Assembly: GCA_964247055.1 (NCBI GenBank)
Contig: OZ176053.1
Location: forward strand, 11,904,001-11,968,000
Reading direction: 5' to 3'
DNA: 64,000 nucleotides
Origin: Paragordius varius
Lineage: Eukaryota; Animalia; Nematomorpha
Made by a program: the position numbers and the translations under genes. A model generated the notes under the pieces. That model searched no databases and was not told where the DNA came from. It worked only from the letters and a program-made list of their open reading frames with translations. Shown piece by piece: positions 1-12,300 of this stretch; the stretch's first letter is position 1; each line of letters begins with the position of its first letter.

Positions 1-80
1 TGCAAATATTATATACCCAAAAAGTATATAAACATCGCAAATTTTATATAATTTAGTTTTAATTTATCTCAATAAATCTT

Positions 81-347
81 TGTAAGGTTATAATATTCTA
101 TTTTGTTAACACACTCAATTCATGTTGCATCAGTTATTTTGTATTTGAATATTATATATATATTTCGTGTTAAAGCTTATCTGTTGTTGAGAATAACCAT
201 TGTGCAACGTCTACGCAAATAAGGCATGCACACATAAAAAGTACTTGTGATATAATAGCCAGTCACTTTTTTATTTTGGTTTTCTTTTTATCGCTCAACT
301 CTATTTTAATATACCATATTGCTATACGTGAATAAATCAACTTTACA
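81..347 (+). repeat. 5' LTR
   Basis: Direct repeat of 4329-4595; starts TG, ends CA, AATAAA at 331-336. Confidence 0.97.
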
Positions 348-349
348 TT

Positions 350-359
350 TGGTGCCGTG
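350..359 (+). promoter_or_regulatory. Primer binding site, probably tRNA-His
   Basis: TGGTGCCGTG 2 nt after the LTR; complementary to the canonical eukaryotic tRNA-His 3' end (...CACGGCA-CCA), as recalled. Confidence 0.8.
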
Positions 360-369
360 TTAGCTTTCA

Positions 370-3300
370 ATGAGCCAAGCGTTGGACATTTCAAAACTGA
401 TTTTGGAGCCTTTTAAGGAACCGATGAATTTTACGCAATATATACGTCACATCAGGATCTTAAATTCCAAAAATATCGAATCTAATGACACCACAATGAA
501 ACGCACCTTTCTCGCTTTCGGCGGTATTCAAGTAATAATGAAAATCGAAACTTTAGCATACCCAAAACTCATAGATGACATGGAATGGGAGGAAATTGCA
601 ACCTTGGCTACTCAGATATATTCACCAATCAGCAGCCTATGGTTAAATCGAGTTGAATTCTTCCGATTAAAAAAATGACAGATGAATCAGTCATGGATTT
701 CCTGGAACGTCTGAAAGCAAAGTGTGAAGCCGGGAAATTTGAAGGGGATATTCAGTCAAAATTACGCGATTTATTCCTGGTAGGTCTTGAAAATCCCAGA
801 GTCGAACGCGAAATTCAATCCAAATATCCAGATGGCAAAAAGGACGGGGGTCCGGTAACCCTTCAAGCGATTGTAGACATCGCTTATTCCTATGAATTAG
901 AAGATAAAAAGGTTCACAACATCAGAGATAATAATGATATGAACAATAATAATACCAGTGAACTTCCTTCAAGTATCCAACCAGTTGTTAATGATAATAA
1001 TACAATCAATCAAATAACCCGAAAGCTATGTAGTAATTGTGGATATCGACATGGTTCCGCCACCTGTCCGGCAAAAGGAAAACGGTGTTTCAATTGCGAC
1101 AAATGGAATCATTTCAGCACAGTATGCAAGGCAACGTTCCGACGGCCGTCAATCCGCACCATGACTAGCCCGAACAACACCCCCCGGATTCAGGTATTAA
1201 TAAATAATATACCAACAACGTTTATCTACGATACGGGCGCCGAGGTATCCGTTATTGGCAAGCGCACTTGGGTAAATATTGGTCGACCTCGTTTGCTCCC
1301 AGCTCCAAATTTGCGAACCTACAATGATGGCCCAATAGAAGTACTCGGAAAATCGATGATTTCAGTGGTTTTGAACGAAGAGGAGAAGTGCCTGCCCTGC
1401 GTGGTGACGCAAACTAACCCGCCAGCCGTGTTCGGGATGAATTGGATGCGGGCGTTCCGGTTAGAATTCCCAAAAAATGTTTTTTCAGTTTTACATACGC
1501 AAGCACCTAATAATAAAATGTTATTTGATTATTTTGACAAATTGTTTTCAGACGAGTTAGGTACTTTCAAGGGGCCCCCAATAAAATTATTTATCGACCC
1601 CGGGGCCAAACCTAAAGTTTTTCCTTGTCGTAGGGTACCTTTAACTCTAAAACCTTTAGTAGAAAATGAAATTGATAGATTAGTTAAACTCAAAATACTC
1701 CGACCTATCGATCCGACCCAAACCCCAATAACATGGGCCTCTCCCACAGTAAATATAGTTAAAGGAAATGGAGAAATTAGGATTTGTGCCGATTTCCGAA
1801 TTAGTATCAACCGTTATTTAGCAAAAGATTCTCATCTGATACCTACTTTTGACGAGTTGGCCACCAAAGTGGCAAATGGGATAATTTTTTCCACTTTAGA
1901 CCTGAAAGATGCTTACTTACAATTTCCGATAGACCGGGCGTCACAGACGCTAGTGACCATCACAACTCACAAAGGGTTTTATGCTTACCAGCGACTTCCA
2001 TTCGGATTAACTTCAGCACCTATGATCTTTCAAAGATGCATGGACAATCTTTTAAAGGACATACCTGGTATTTGTGTGTACCTGGATGATGTCTTAATTT
2101 CCGGAGCTACCAGGGAGGAACATGATCAAAGATTAAGGGAAGTATTTAGAAGGTTACAAGAGGCGGGATTACGATTGCGCCGAGACAAATTGCAAATTGG
2201 TATCTCACGAGTCAAATACATGGGGTACGTGATTTCTGACCAAGGTATTGAGCCGTCCAATGAAAAATTAGAGGCCATTAAAAATTGTCCGACACCTACA
2301 AACAAAACTGAGCTACGTTCGTTCTTAGGCTTAATAAATTTTCATGAGCGGTTTATACCAAACTGTCACCCACACCTAGCAACCTTACACAAGTTAAGTG
2401 GAAAGAATACACCTTGGCGGTGGACCCCGGCAGATGATAGTGAATTCGCGAAAGCAAAAAGCTTGCTAACCAGGCCCCCCGCTTTAATGCCATTTAACGA
2501 CCGTTTGCCCTTGTTGATCGAAACAGATGCTTCCAACAAGGGGTTTACAGGGGAAACGCCCATTTTTTACGCGTCATGAACTTGTTCAATAGCAGAAAAG
2601 GGTTATTCCACGATCGAAAAAGAGGCCAAGGCCATAGTGTTTGCCCTAGAAAAATTTAAATACTTTATATATGGAAGACCGTTCGAGATATATACAGATC
2701 CTAAACCGCTGGTGCCACTATTTGGGCGGAAGAGAGACATCAACAACATTAATAATAGCAAACTGCTAAGGTGGATATCGAATACCATCGGGTACGAGTA
2801 TGAAATATTTTACAAGAAAGGGGAAGAAAACTTAGCCGACGCGTTGTCGAGACTTCCCATAGAGCATAGCCAACCAGATGATGAAGATGACGCGGCCACC
2901 AAGCAGGTACGATTTTTGGCTCTAAAAACGCTGGATGTAAATAAGAAAGTGGTCGAAGAGGCAACGATCACTGACCAACGGTTATCAAAAGTTAAAAATA
3001 CTATCAGGACAAACAGTTGGATCGATGAAGATCTGAAACCTTTTTTAAAACATAAAAACGACTTGGAGTGTTGTTATAATCTGTTATACCTGAATGATCG
3101 CTTAGTGATACCACAAGCGATGCAGGAAGCGATATTGAAACTTCTGCATGCGGGACACAGCGGGCTAAAAACAATGAAAGCCCAAGCCCGGTGTTCGATA
3201 TTTTGGCCCGAATTAGACACCGATCTAGAGAATTATGTGGAAAGGTGCGAGGCTTGCCAAACTTATCGACCTAACGCACCTGAAAATCTTCCCTATCGAT

Positions 3301-4277
3301 GGAATTTTAACACTTTGACATGGGAAAGGTTACATATAGATGTTGCTGGACCGGTGGACGGATATTATTGGTTAGTGACTATCGATAGCGCCTCACGGTG
3401 GGTAGAGATAGATTTTCTTAAATCAATAACGAGTCAAAGCGTTTTAAATTGCCTGGAAAAACACATCACACGATTTGGTTTTCCCCGCCAAATTGTGACC
3501 GATAATGCCACGTATTTTACTTCAAGAGAATTTACGACTCTCCTAAATCAGATGAATATAAAGCACTCTGTGCAGCACCCTATCACCCCAAAACAAACGG
3601 TCTAGTAGAGAGAGTAATAAAGACATTAAAAACGAAATACGCCGCTACTAAGACCCAACAAATGCATGCATATGAAGCTATCAACACGGTCCTTTATTCG
3701 TATCGAACTAGCATGCATTCTTCGCTAAAAGAAACGCCTTCCGCCATATTCCTAAAACGGCGTGTACACAATCCTATCTCTTGGGTAAAAACGATCCCTG
3801 TCGAATTTATAGAGCACGATGAACCGAGACGCGAATTCCAACAAGACGATCCTGTCTATATTAAAAATGAAATGGCCTTAGGCTGGCGGCCAGGTCACAT
3901 TCGGGAGAGAAGGGGGTTACTCTCGTATGAAGTGCAAGATGAGGAAGGGATTCAAAAACGCAAACATGCAGATCAGTTACGACGTAGGTCAGGAGGGAAT
4001 TCATACGAAACTAATCCCGTAATAGAGCATAAATATCCCAGCGTCGAAAGTGTCCCGGGTCATGTCGAGGGAGCCCACTCCAAAACAAACCTTCCATCCC
4101 ACCTCGGAATCTCAAATAGTCCATGCCCCAACTCCTGCTACCTCATGGCAAGACGTAGCCCCAGAATCGCTGACGCCTGTAGAGGCCACACCCGACGTGG
4201 TAAAGGAGGTTTCTGACCTACCCGAGCGTAGATATCCGCTAAGAAGACGGCAGCCTCCCGATCGTTTAAACTTATAG
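370..4277 (+). pseudogene. gag-pol of the young Gypsy element, interrupted by frameshifts and a nonsense codon
   Basis: ORF pieces 370-678, 675-2579, 2637-3605, 3662-4216 and 4050-4277. Frameshift at A7 (669-675); in-frame TGA at 2577-2579 in RNase H (YAS*T); frameshift near 3570 (PYHPKTNGLVER resumes in another frame); another frameshift near 4050-4090. Confidence 0.9.
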
Positions 4278-4315
4278 GTATAATGTACGAACACAACAGC
4301 CCCCGTGGTTAACTT

Positions 4316-4325
4316 AGGGGGAAAG
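4316..4325 (+). promoter_or_regulatory. Polypurine tract
   Basis: AGGGGGAAAG just upstream of the 3' LTR. Confidence 0.85.
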
Positions 4326-4328
4326 TAA

Positions 4329-4595
4329 TGTAAGGTTATAATATTCTATTTTGTTAACACACTCAATTCATGTTGCATCAGTTATTTTGTATTTGAATAT
4401 TATATATATATTTCGTGTTAAAGCTTATCTGTTGTTGAGAATAACCATTGTGCAACGTCTATGCAAATAAGGCATGCACACATAAAAAGTACTTGTGATA
4501 TAATAGCCAGTCACTTTTTTATTTTGGTTTTCTTTTTATCGCTCAACTCTATTTTAATATACCATATTGCTATACGTGAATAAATCAACTTTACA
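4329..4595 (+). repeat. 3' LTR
   Basis: Direct repeat of 81-347, followed by the TSD ATCTT. Confidence 0.97.
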
Positions 4596-4601
4596 ATCTT
4601 A

Positions 4602-7600
4602 TTTGGCGCGGTTTTTTTATCTCATTACATTCGCCCCGTACTGTTAAAGGTGGGTGGGATTTTGGTAGCAGCTGGAAATAATATTTGCTCCGACATACAA
4701 TGTGTTTGCAGCCAGGTTCCAGTTTACGCAACTCCGCAGGGAAACCACGGAATCAGTGATGGATTATTTAATTTGGGTAAAGGAATGTGCGGCCTGGTGC
4801 AACTTTGGGCAAGATGCAATGCTAGGAATCACAGATTGGGTTTGTTGGAGAATTACAACTTAAGAGGTTGGAAATATATCTTTTCATGAAATTTCCAGGA
4901 TCAAGTTATGTTGGAGATGGTGGTAGAAATGGCAATAGCGTGAGAAAAGGCGGACAGTTGTTTGATTGAACAGGTGTGACAATAGGCAGGTGATGATAAT
5001 AATAAAGAAGTGTGGAAAATGTGGGTACGTGCATACGATCAACTGGTGTCCGGCTTCAAACAAAGAGTGTTACCGATCCAAAGGACGAGGTCATTTTGGC
5101 AGGTGTTGCCGGCGAGTTAATATAGTGACTGGTAATGGTAATAATAATGAAGCCCGAACGCAAGCATTGAGTAAAAATGGTGTACGATACCGGAGCTCAA
5201 ATATCATTGATTGGGAAAAGCACGAAGCTGGGGATTGGAAGGCCGACCTTAGCACCCGCGGGTCCAATAGTTGGGTTCAATCATCAAGGTGTGGAGGTGA
5301 TGGGGCAATGCGTGGTAGATTTAAGGATTTGTTTTGTTAGGTTATAGGGTGTTGCACGGGACCATCCATCAAGTTGTTTCTCAAAAAAGGTAGCCCAAAA
5401 AGATTTGCAGCTTGGAGGGTACCTATCCCGCTTCAGTCTAAGGTGTAGAGTGAATTAAAAATGAGACCATAAACCCCTCTCAAACACGAATTAACTGGGT
5501 AACTGGTGATAGTTAAGAAGAATGATAATGATATTCGCATATGTGGAGATTTTAGAGTTACTGTTAACCCAAGTTTGGTTCCTGTCGATCATTTGATTCC
5601 AACGTTTGATCAGTTAGTATTCAAAATTGGGGGTTTTTACGAACCTAGAGCTAAAAGCCTATGACAAATGTCCATCCACTAAGATTATCAACCATTTACT
5701 TACGTTTATTCGCATAGGGTCTTTTTCGATTTAAGAGACTACCTTTGGAATTTCTAGGGCACTAACGATATTCCAACAATTTATGGATGAGTTATTAATT
5801 ATCCAGGTACGGCGGTTTATTTAGATGATGTAATTGTAGGTGAAACGAGGGTAATGGAGCATAAGGATAACTTGGTACAAGTTTTGAACAAATTAGCTGC
5901 TGTGGGTTTGAAATTAAAAAAGGATAAAATTCAATTAGCTCGTTCTTCAGAGTCATATTTAGGATATATAATTTCAGACAAAGGAATTAAACCTGATAAC
6001 GAAAAGGAAACAATTTTGAATTCTCCTACTCCTACCAATAAGACATCACCCCGGTCTTTCTTGGGAATGTTGAATTAGCTGGTTTTATTCCATTTTTGCA
6101 TGCTACGATCTAGGATTTACATGCGCTCAAATATTCTAAGAAATGGTGTTGGTCGACAAAAGAAGAGATGGTTTTTGATAAAGCTAAACTGTTAGTGAGT
6201 AGGGCATTATGTCTAATACCGTTTAACCCGAACCTTCCATTTGTGTTGGAAACAGATGCATCGAATGACGCATTCGGAGCAGTCTTATCCCATATGACTA
6301 ATGATGGGAAACGGCCGATAGCTTTTGCTTCTCTAAAATGTGCGAAGGCAGAACTACATTTCTCAGTTATTAAAAAGAAGCACGCTAGAAAAGTTTAAAA
6401 TGTTTGTGTATGGCAGAAAGTTAGTATTATTAACCGATCATAAACCCCTAATCAAGTTGTTTGGCTTTAAGAAAGATCTGAGTAATATTAATAATAGTAA
6501 ATTAATAAGATGGATACTTAGAACAGCCGATTATAATTTTAATATACAATATATTAATGGTTCTGAAGGTTATCTCGTCTAGCGTATGAAGAACCGACTG
6601 AGGAGGTTGAGGAGCAAGCAACCAGTAGGGAGATTTAACAACAGACAACTTTAACGTACAGCGAATTAAAGAAATTACTTTACGGGATGAGTTTTTAATG
6701 ACATTAAAAGCGGCTCTACATCGTAATTATTGGTCAGCTCCAATTTAAATTCGATATCCAGTTAAAGAAACGAAATAAAAGAATCATATGGGTCGTTGTA
6801 ATGGAGCGATCGTCTTTTCCAGGATTTAACGTTAAAATTTTTGCATGTTGGACATTCGGGAGCAAATGTGATGAAAGAGTCTGCCAAGGCTAGGGTTTAT
6901 TGGCCAGGTGTAAACCAAGACATTGAAAGTTATGTGAGATATTGTATGGGGTGTCAGTTAAACCGGAGTAACATAAAAAGCTATCCCACGTACAAATGAA
7001 ATTTTTATACGGGTATCTGGGAACGGATACATCTGGATGATGCCGGACCTAATTGTTTATTGGCTATCGACAGCAGCTCCAAATGGGTTGAAGTTGAGAT
7101 GCTAAGAAATGTTAATTCCGCAAATATATTACATTGGTTAGAAATTTGGTGTGTAAGGTACGGGTTTCCTTGAATGATAATTACCGATAATGCGTCATAT
7201 TTTGCATCAAAGAATTTTAAAGATACCGTGCAACGAGCTAAAATTAAACATGCCACCAGTATCCCCTATCATTCACGAACAAATGGGCTGGTGGAACGGG
7301 AAATTTACACCTTAAAAGCACACTATAAATCGCTAACGGATTCTAAGCTTTCTCTTGACAATAAAATAAATCAAGTGCTATGGGGTTATCGCTCCGCCGT
7401 ACATAGCGCGACAGAAGAGTGCCCGTATAACTTATTCCTCAAAAGAAATATTAATACCTTTTACTCCAGGGTTAGAGAATCACCTTCGCAATAATTAGAT
7501 GAAGACATTATACCCAAAGTTTTTACACCGGATGAATAAAGAATAAAATCAATACGGGGTGAGGAAAAGGTTCAATTTTGGAGAGAACAGGGGTAAAATC

Positions 7601-8073
7601 GTACACGGTAAAGATGGAAATCGAACCTTCGCAAACATGCGGATCAATTACGGCCGACCGGTGTCGAGAAGGCCAAAGAGGGGGATGAGGGTGGTCCAAC
7701 GATAAACCAAACTAATGCAATATTACAACCAATAATCGAGAAGTGGGGGAGGAACAAAGCAAAGAAAAGGAAAACGATAAAGACACCCAGGTTGAAATGA
7801 AAACGGAAAAGACAACTGAAAAAGAACCTGAAAGAAGATATCCTCTTAGGGAAAGAAAAGCACCAGATCGGCTTGGATTCGGATAAGGAGATATGATAGA
7901 TTTGAATACATCAGTTAGCTAACAGATATGTAGTTGATATTACAACATTGCATCATTGTATTTTTATCTTACATCATATTATTATATTAATCGCGTTTGG
8001 CGTTTATGTTCGTGCGTCATTATTCGTGGAATTCTCATATATATATTCGTAGAATAAAAGACATATTCTTACA
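4602..8073 (+). mobile_element. Older decayed Mag-like Gypsy element, 5'-interrupted
   Basis: Fragmented gag (ARFQF...ESVMDY), CCHC knuckles (4966-5100), RT (RICGDF; YLDD at 5818-5829), RNase H (ETDASN), integrase (TDNA, NGLVER). C-terminus ERRYPLRERKAPDRL is homologous to the young element's ERRYPLRRRQPPDRL. Many stops and frameshifts. Confidence 0.9.
7894..8073 (+). repeat. Probable 3' LTR of the older Gypsy element
   Basis: Follows pol stop and purine tract GGATAAGGAGA (7881-7891); TG...CA with AATAAA at 8053-8058. Partner LTR is not in the window. Confidence 0.55.
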
Positions 8074-8294
8074 ATTGTGACGCACATGCATGTTAAAATT
8101 ATCATTCATAAAAAAGTATAAATATCACGAAATTGTTAATAAATCATCATTGTTTTGTATTTTCACCAATTTTCATCTTACTAACCTTAGACTAGACAAA
8201 TTGACTTATTAGATTTGAATACATTTTTGATGACCATCTAGTTGAATTGAACTTGTATTTAACAGACAAACGTTATTTTACCTTGGCTTAAACA

Positions 8295-8412
8295 TGTAAG
8301 TATTATATACACAATAAGTATATAAACATCGCTAATTTTATATAGGTTAATATTTGTAATTTATCCCAATAAATCTTATTGTTTTATTGTTTCTCGAGTC
8401 ACCACAAACCAT
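8295..8412 (+). repeat. Dispersed repeat, possibly a Penelope-like pLTR/3' end
   Basis: 8295-8378 is about 80% identical by eye to 1-80. TTATTGTTTCTCGAGTCACCACA (8385-8407) recurs at ~27606-27628 at the end of the Penelope relic. Confidence 0.5.
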
Positions 8413-9377
8413 TATACCGAAAAATAAAACAGGAATCTTTTGATTAAACCATGGTTTGGTTCGAGTCCCTGTTAATATTGATAATTATAAAACTGTTTTC
8501 AATTGGTCGATATATGATAATAATTATAGAGTCTACGCGGAATTATTTATACAAATTTGGTTTAATTTAATTTTTAGTTATAAAGAACAAAAAGTCACAA
8601 GAATCTGTTTTTTACATGAAGGAAAAGTATACCCACAAAGAGAGGGTAGACTTAATAAATTGTTAAATATTATTAACCAAAATGTTCATTCTTTTTTCCA
8701 GAATTTATGATATCGGATCACTGACTTTTATATATAAATTTATTTTCTAAAGAAAATAATTTAACCCATAGTTAAAAAATCTATAATAATCTCAAAAGGA
8801 AAATTAAAGTTATTATAATATTTATTATTATTTACAGATATATCTATTCCAATAATTTTGTGTTTCGATCGATTGATAAATATAAGAGATAAATGTTAAA
8901 ATAGTAGTGATATATTATGGTTTGAATGTGTTTGGATTTGATTCGATGATGTGGCTATACATAAAAATATCATTGTCATTTTCCCGAATTCAATATAACA
9001 AATAATTAACTAAAATAAATAATAAATATAATAGAATCAATTTTGAGTGTGATGATTATTAAAATATGCTAATATTTTGTTTTAAAAAAGTGTACCCGCG
9101 TATATTTGATATAATATAATAAATTACTTAAAAAAAGGAAATAATTTTGTGACTAGACATTAAATTATAGTGCATCTAACAAATTAGGATAGATTAATCA
9201 ATAAAACGTAAATTTGCCTTAAAAATTTAATGTAGAATCTAATGTTAGGTTGGTTGGGTTTCGTATCCATGATTTCGCAAATCATAATTAATAAATAAAT
9301 ATTGCATTTATCGGATGATATAATATGTTTTTTTCTGCATTTTCCAGGTAACGATAGTTAATTAACAAAAAAAACAA

Positions 9378-12300
9378 TTAATAAATGGTAAATGTGACGT
9401 ATTGCAAAGTACGGTTTGATGTCATCCGGGCTAATGCGATTGTCGAACGATCTAAGTATACATACAATGGGAACAATAATGAATAAACTTGTATTGTAAA
9501 TATAAACAGCACACTTAAAACGTTATATACTGATGCTAATAATTATGCAATTTCCAATTTAAATTAAAGTCATAATATTGAATTTTATGGGCAATTTAAG
9601 GAACATTAACTCAGCAAAAAATGAAATGTAATTAATTTTTTATTTTTTTTAAAATTTGTATTAGTATAATAATTTTGTTTAAATTTATTTAATAGTAAAA
9701 TTCCAGCATATAATTTTAGCTGTCCATTAATTAGTCTCCCGTTTTTAATTTTTACCTGTTATATTCTTGTACAAATATATGTTAACATACAAAACACACC
9801 CATACAACTATAAACCATAAATTTTAAAATGTACTTGTCATTAAAGGGCAATCTTGGAAACAAAGAATGCAAAGTGCGTTTGTGAATGGAACCAAAGCTT
9901 CGACGGCTTCGTCAGTTAGGTTGACACAACCATTCATAGAAACTTCCTGTGTTTATGCCAATTTTTATTATTATTATTAGGAAATAATTTATTATACGGA
10001 CAAGACGTAAAAACCAAAAGACAAATATTTTTTTGAGGAAAGAAAACCATGTTTTTTACATCTAGGTTGGAAAATAGAAAATAAACATGTCAATCGTGGG
10101 TAAGACTCAATTATATGTCTCAGAATGAAAATTATAGTGTATGAAAAATAAAAAGTATAATTGTAGTTTTTAAACTATATTTGTGTTTAAGTTTAGTCTG
10201 AACTTTTACTTTAATTACGTAAAAAGAAAACGTAAACCAAATTTAACCCAGTATTGTTTACAAAAAAATGGTTATTTTATAATTAGAACTTACCCGAAGC
10301 GTCCTTTTACATTTGCCACGTGCTAAGTTGAGGACACCTTTGTTTGTTACCTATAAAATCATATAGAAAACATTAGAAAGTAGATGATGAAATATGTTTT
10401 TTATTATTATTAAGCGATTAAGGGGGTGCTCTATCTTAAGCATATGTTGGCTAGAATTATGGCCGTTATTCAAAACGTCAAAGATTAAATTAAATATATT
10501 ATAATTAATTTGGAAATACAATAAAAATTATGTAGTTTTTAGGCGGCCATCTACCATAATTAATTATTATTTAAAATAAATGCGATAATCAATTTATTTA
10601 GCTAAAAAATATTTTTATGCAGAGGCGACATCACATAACAAAATATATTCTGACATATTACATTTTTTATAAAAAAAACATGATAAATGACGGATAATGT
10701 AATTTATGCAAATATTAATGTCAAATCTATTTTACTAATTATTATTGTAATTACATTAATAAAAGTAAAATAAGATTTTAGTGCAATGAACACAAATATT
10801 ATATGGAAAAAATAATATTTTTTAAAATATGGATAGAGATATTATTTTAATTTAATTTTTTATACATGATATTTCGCAAATTAATCTTATTTTTTGTAAA
10901 ACAAATTTGAAACTTCTGTTTTTAAACGCTTTGATTTACAAAAAAAGAACCATTCTTACCAAAGTATAAGAGAAATCAATGCAAGAAAGATTAGAGGCAT
11001 AGTATCCCAAGTGGGCCAATGCCTTATCAGATATCAGTTTACAGCCTCCAATGTTAATTTTGTGCAAGTGTTTACAATTCTTAGCAAGGGATGAGATCAC
11101 GGCATCGGTAACGCTATCACAACGTGTCAGGATTACATCTTGCAAATTTCGACACGTTTCACCCATAATAACTAAACCTGATTTATAAAAACGAATTAAT
11201 GTGTTTTTGACTCATTTATCACCAAAATTTTAATTAAAACTACCTGGCTAGTTTTTCATTAATTATTGCCAGATAGCATAATACAGCAAAAAATAATATT
11301 ATTTGCTTAAAGCGGGGGCGTCCAACATGCGGCCCTCCAAAATATTTTTGTCTGCGAGAATTCTTAAGTACAAAATTTTACACAATCTAAATAGAATTAA
11401 CAAATTATCCGTTTAAATTTTTCCGAATTTTGGCAATGAACTAGCAAAAATTGTTAAAATAAATAGTTTCACAATCTTATGTAAAATATCTAATAAAATA
11501 TTTGTTATTGCCATATATTTTACGAATGTGGCCCGTCGGAGTTTCTCATCCGAAAATGCCGCCCGCGGAGCCATTTGTGTTGGACGCCCTTGGTTTAAAG
11601 TTATGTTTCGCCTTTTCTTGCTATATACCAATTATATTCCCTAGCTAAATATCCTATCTGGCAATATATGATGAAAAACTAGCAATGTCTAGTTACTCAT
11701 ACTGTATAAATTTATTGAATTTAAACTAAATCTGAGGTTTCTATTATATTGAGTGTTAATAAATTTTTACTTTTAGGGCTAATTTTATAGTTAGGTTCTT
11801 TGTGGTTGTGGTAAAGTGCGTGATTATTGAGTGGTGCAGTGGTTATTGAGGATGTATTCAAACATTCCAAATTTATGTAAGTGAGCAAAGGACACAAATT
11901 AAGTTTAAAAAGGGAATGATCAGTTATGTAACATTGACTGAGATCAATTTCAAGAGTACCGGGATGTAAAATCTATATTGAGATAATTACGAAAAAAATT
12001 ATAACATTAATCGTTTTCAACCATAATTCATTGATATTTAAATGGCTTTTTAAATTCCAACGATATGTATATAATGAAATAATCAAAACTTTTTAACGGT
12101 TAAATGCTATAGTTTTAAAGGACATATGCATTAAAGTTCTAATTGAATTTTGGTTGATACGATTTTAAATGTCTCCTAAAAAGTTACTAAACCCACAGGA
12201 TCTAAAATTTGTAGAATAAGCAATTCTATATAATATATTTTAAATATCAACCATGCTTTGCCATTAAAATTAAATCATTAAATTCAATAAAATAAATCTA

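Larger units (their letters stand above)
81..4595 (+). mobile_element. Young Ty3/Gypsy (Mag-like) LTR retrotransposon, full length but coding-defective
   Basis: 267-bp TG...CA LTRs at 81-347 and 4329-4595 with one mismatch seen (C214 vs T4462). 5-bp TSD ATCTT at 76-80 and 4596-4600. PBS and PPT present. Domain order gag-CCHC-protease (YDTGA)-RT (YLDD)-RNaseH (TDAS)-integrase (HHCC; D, D, E). Confidence 0.97.

Noticed and set aside
1-80. 1-80 and 8295-8378 as the LTR pair of the old Gypsy, with TGGCGCGG (4604-4611) as PBS
   Set aside because: Sequence after 4602 reads as internal gag, about 60 codons in, and a better PPT + TG...CA LTR candidate exists at 7894-8073. Not fully excluded without upstream sequence.
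669-678. Programmed -1 frameshift at A-AAA-AAA
   Set aside because: It falls inside the gag capsid-like region rather than at a gag/pol boundary; Mag-like elements usually have one ORF; the element has other lesions, so a homopolymer indel is more likely.
1529-2964. Minus-strand ORFs 1529-1810, 2366-2563, 2603-2788, 2749-2964
   Set aside because: Antisense shadows of pol with no recognisable motifs.
8428-8473. Miniature tRNA-like cloverleaf with GGTTCGAGTCC T-loop
   Set aside because: Only 46 nt, no 7-nt anticodon loop, T-stem of 1-2 bp competing with the acceptor stem, no A box; likely chance.
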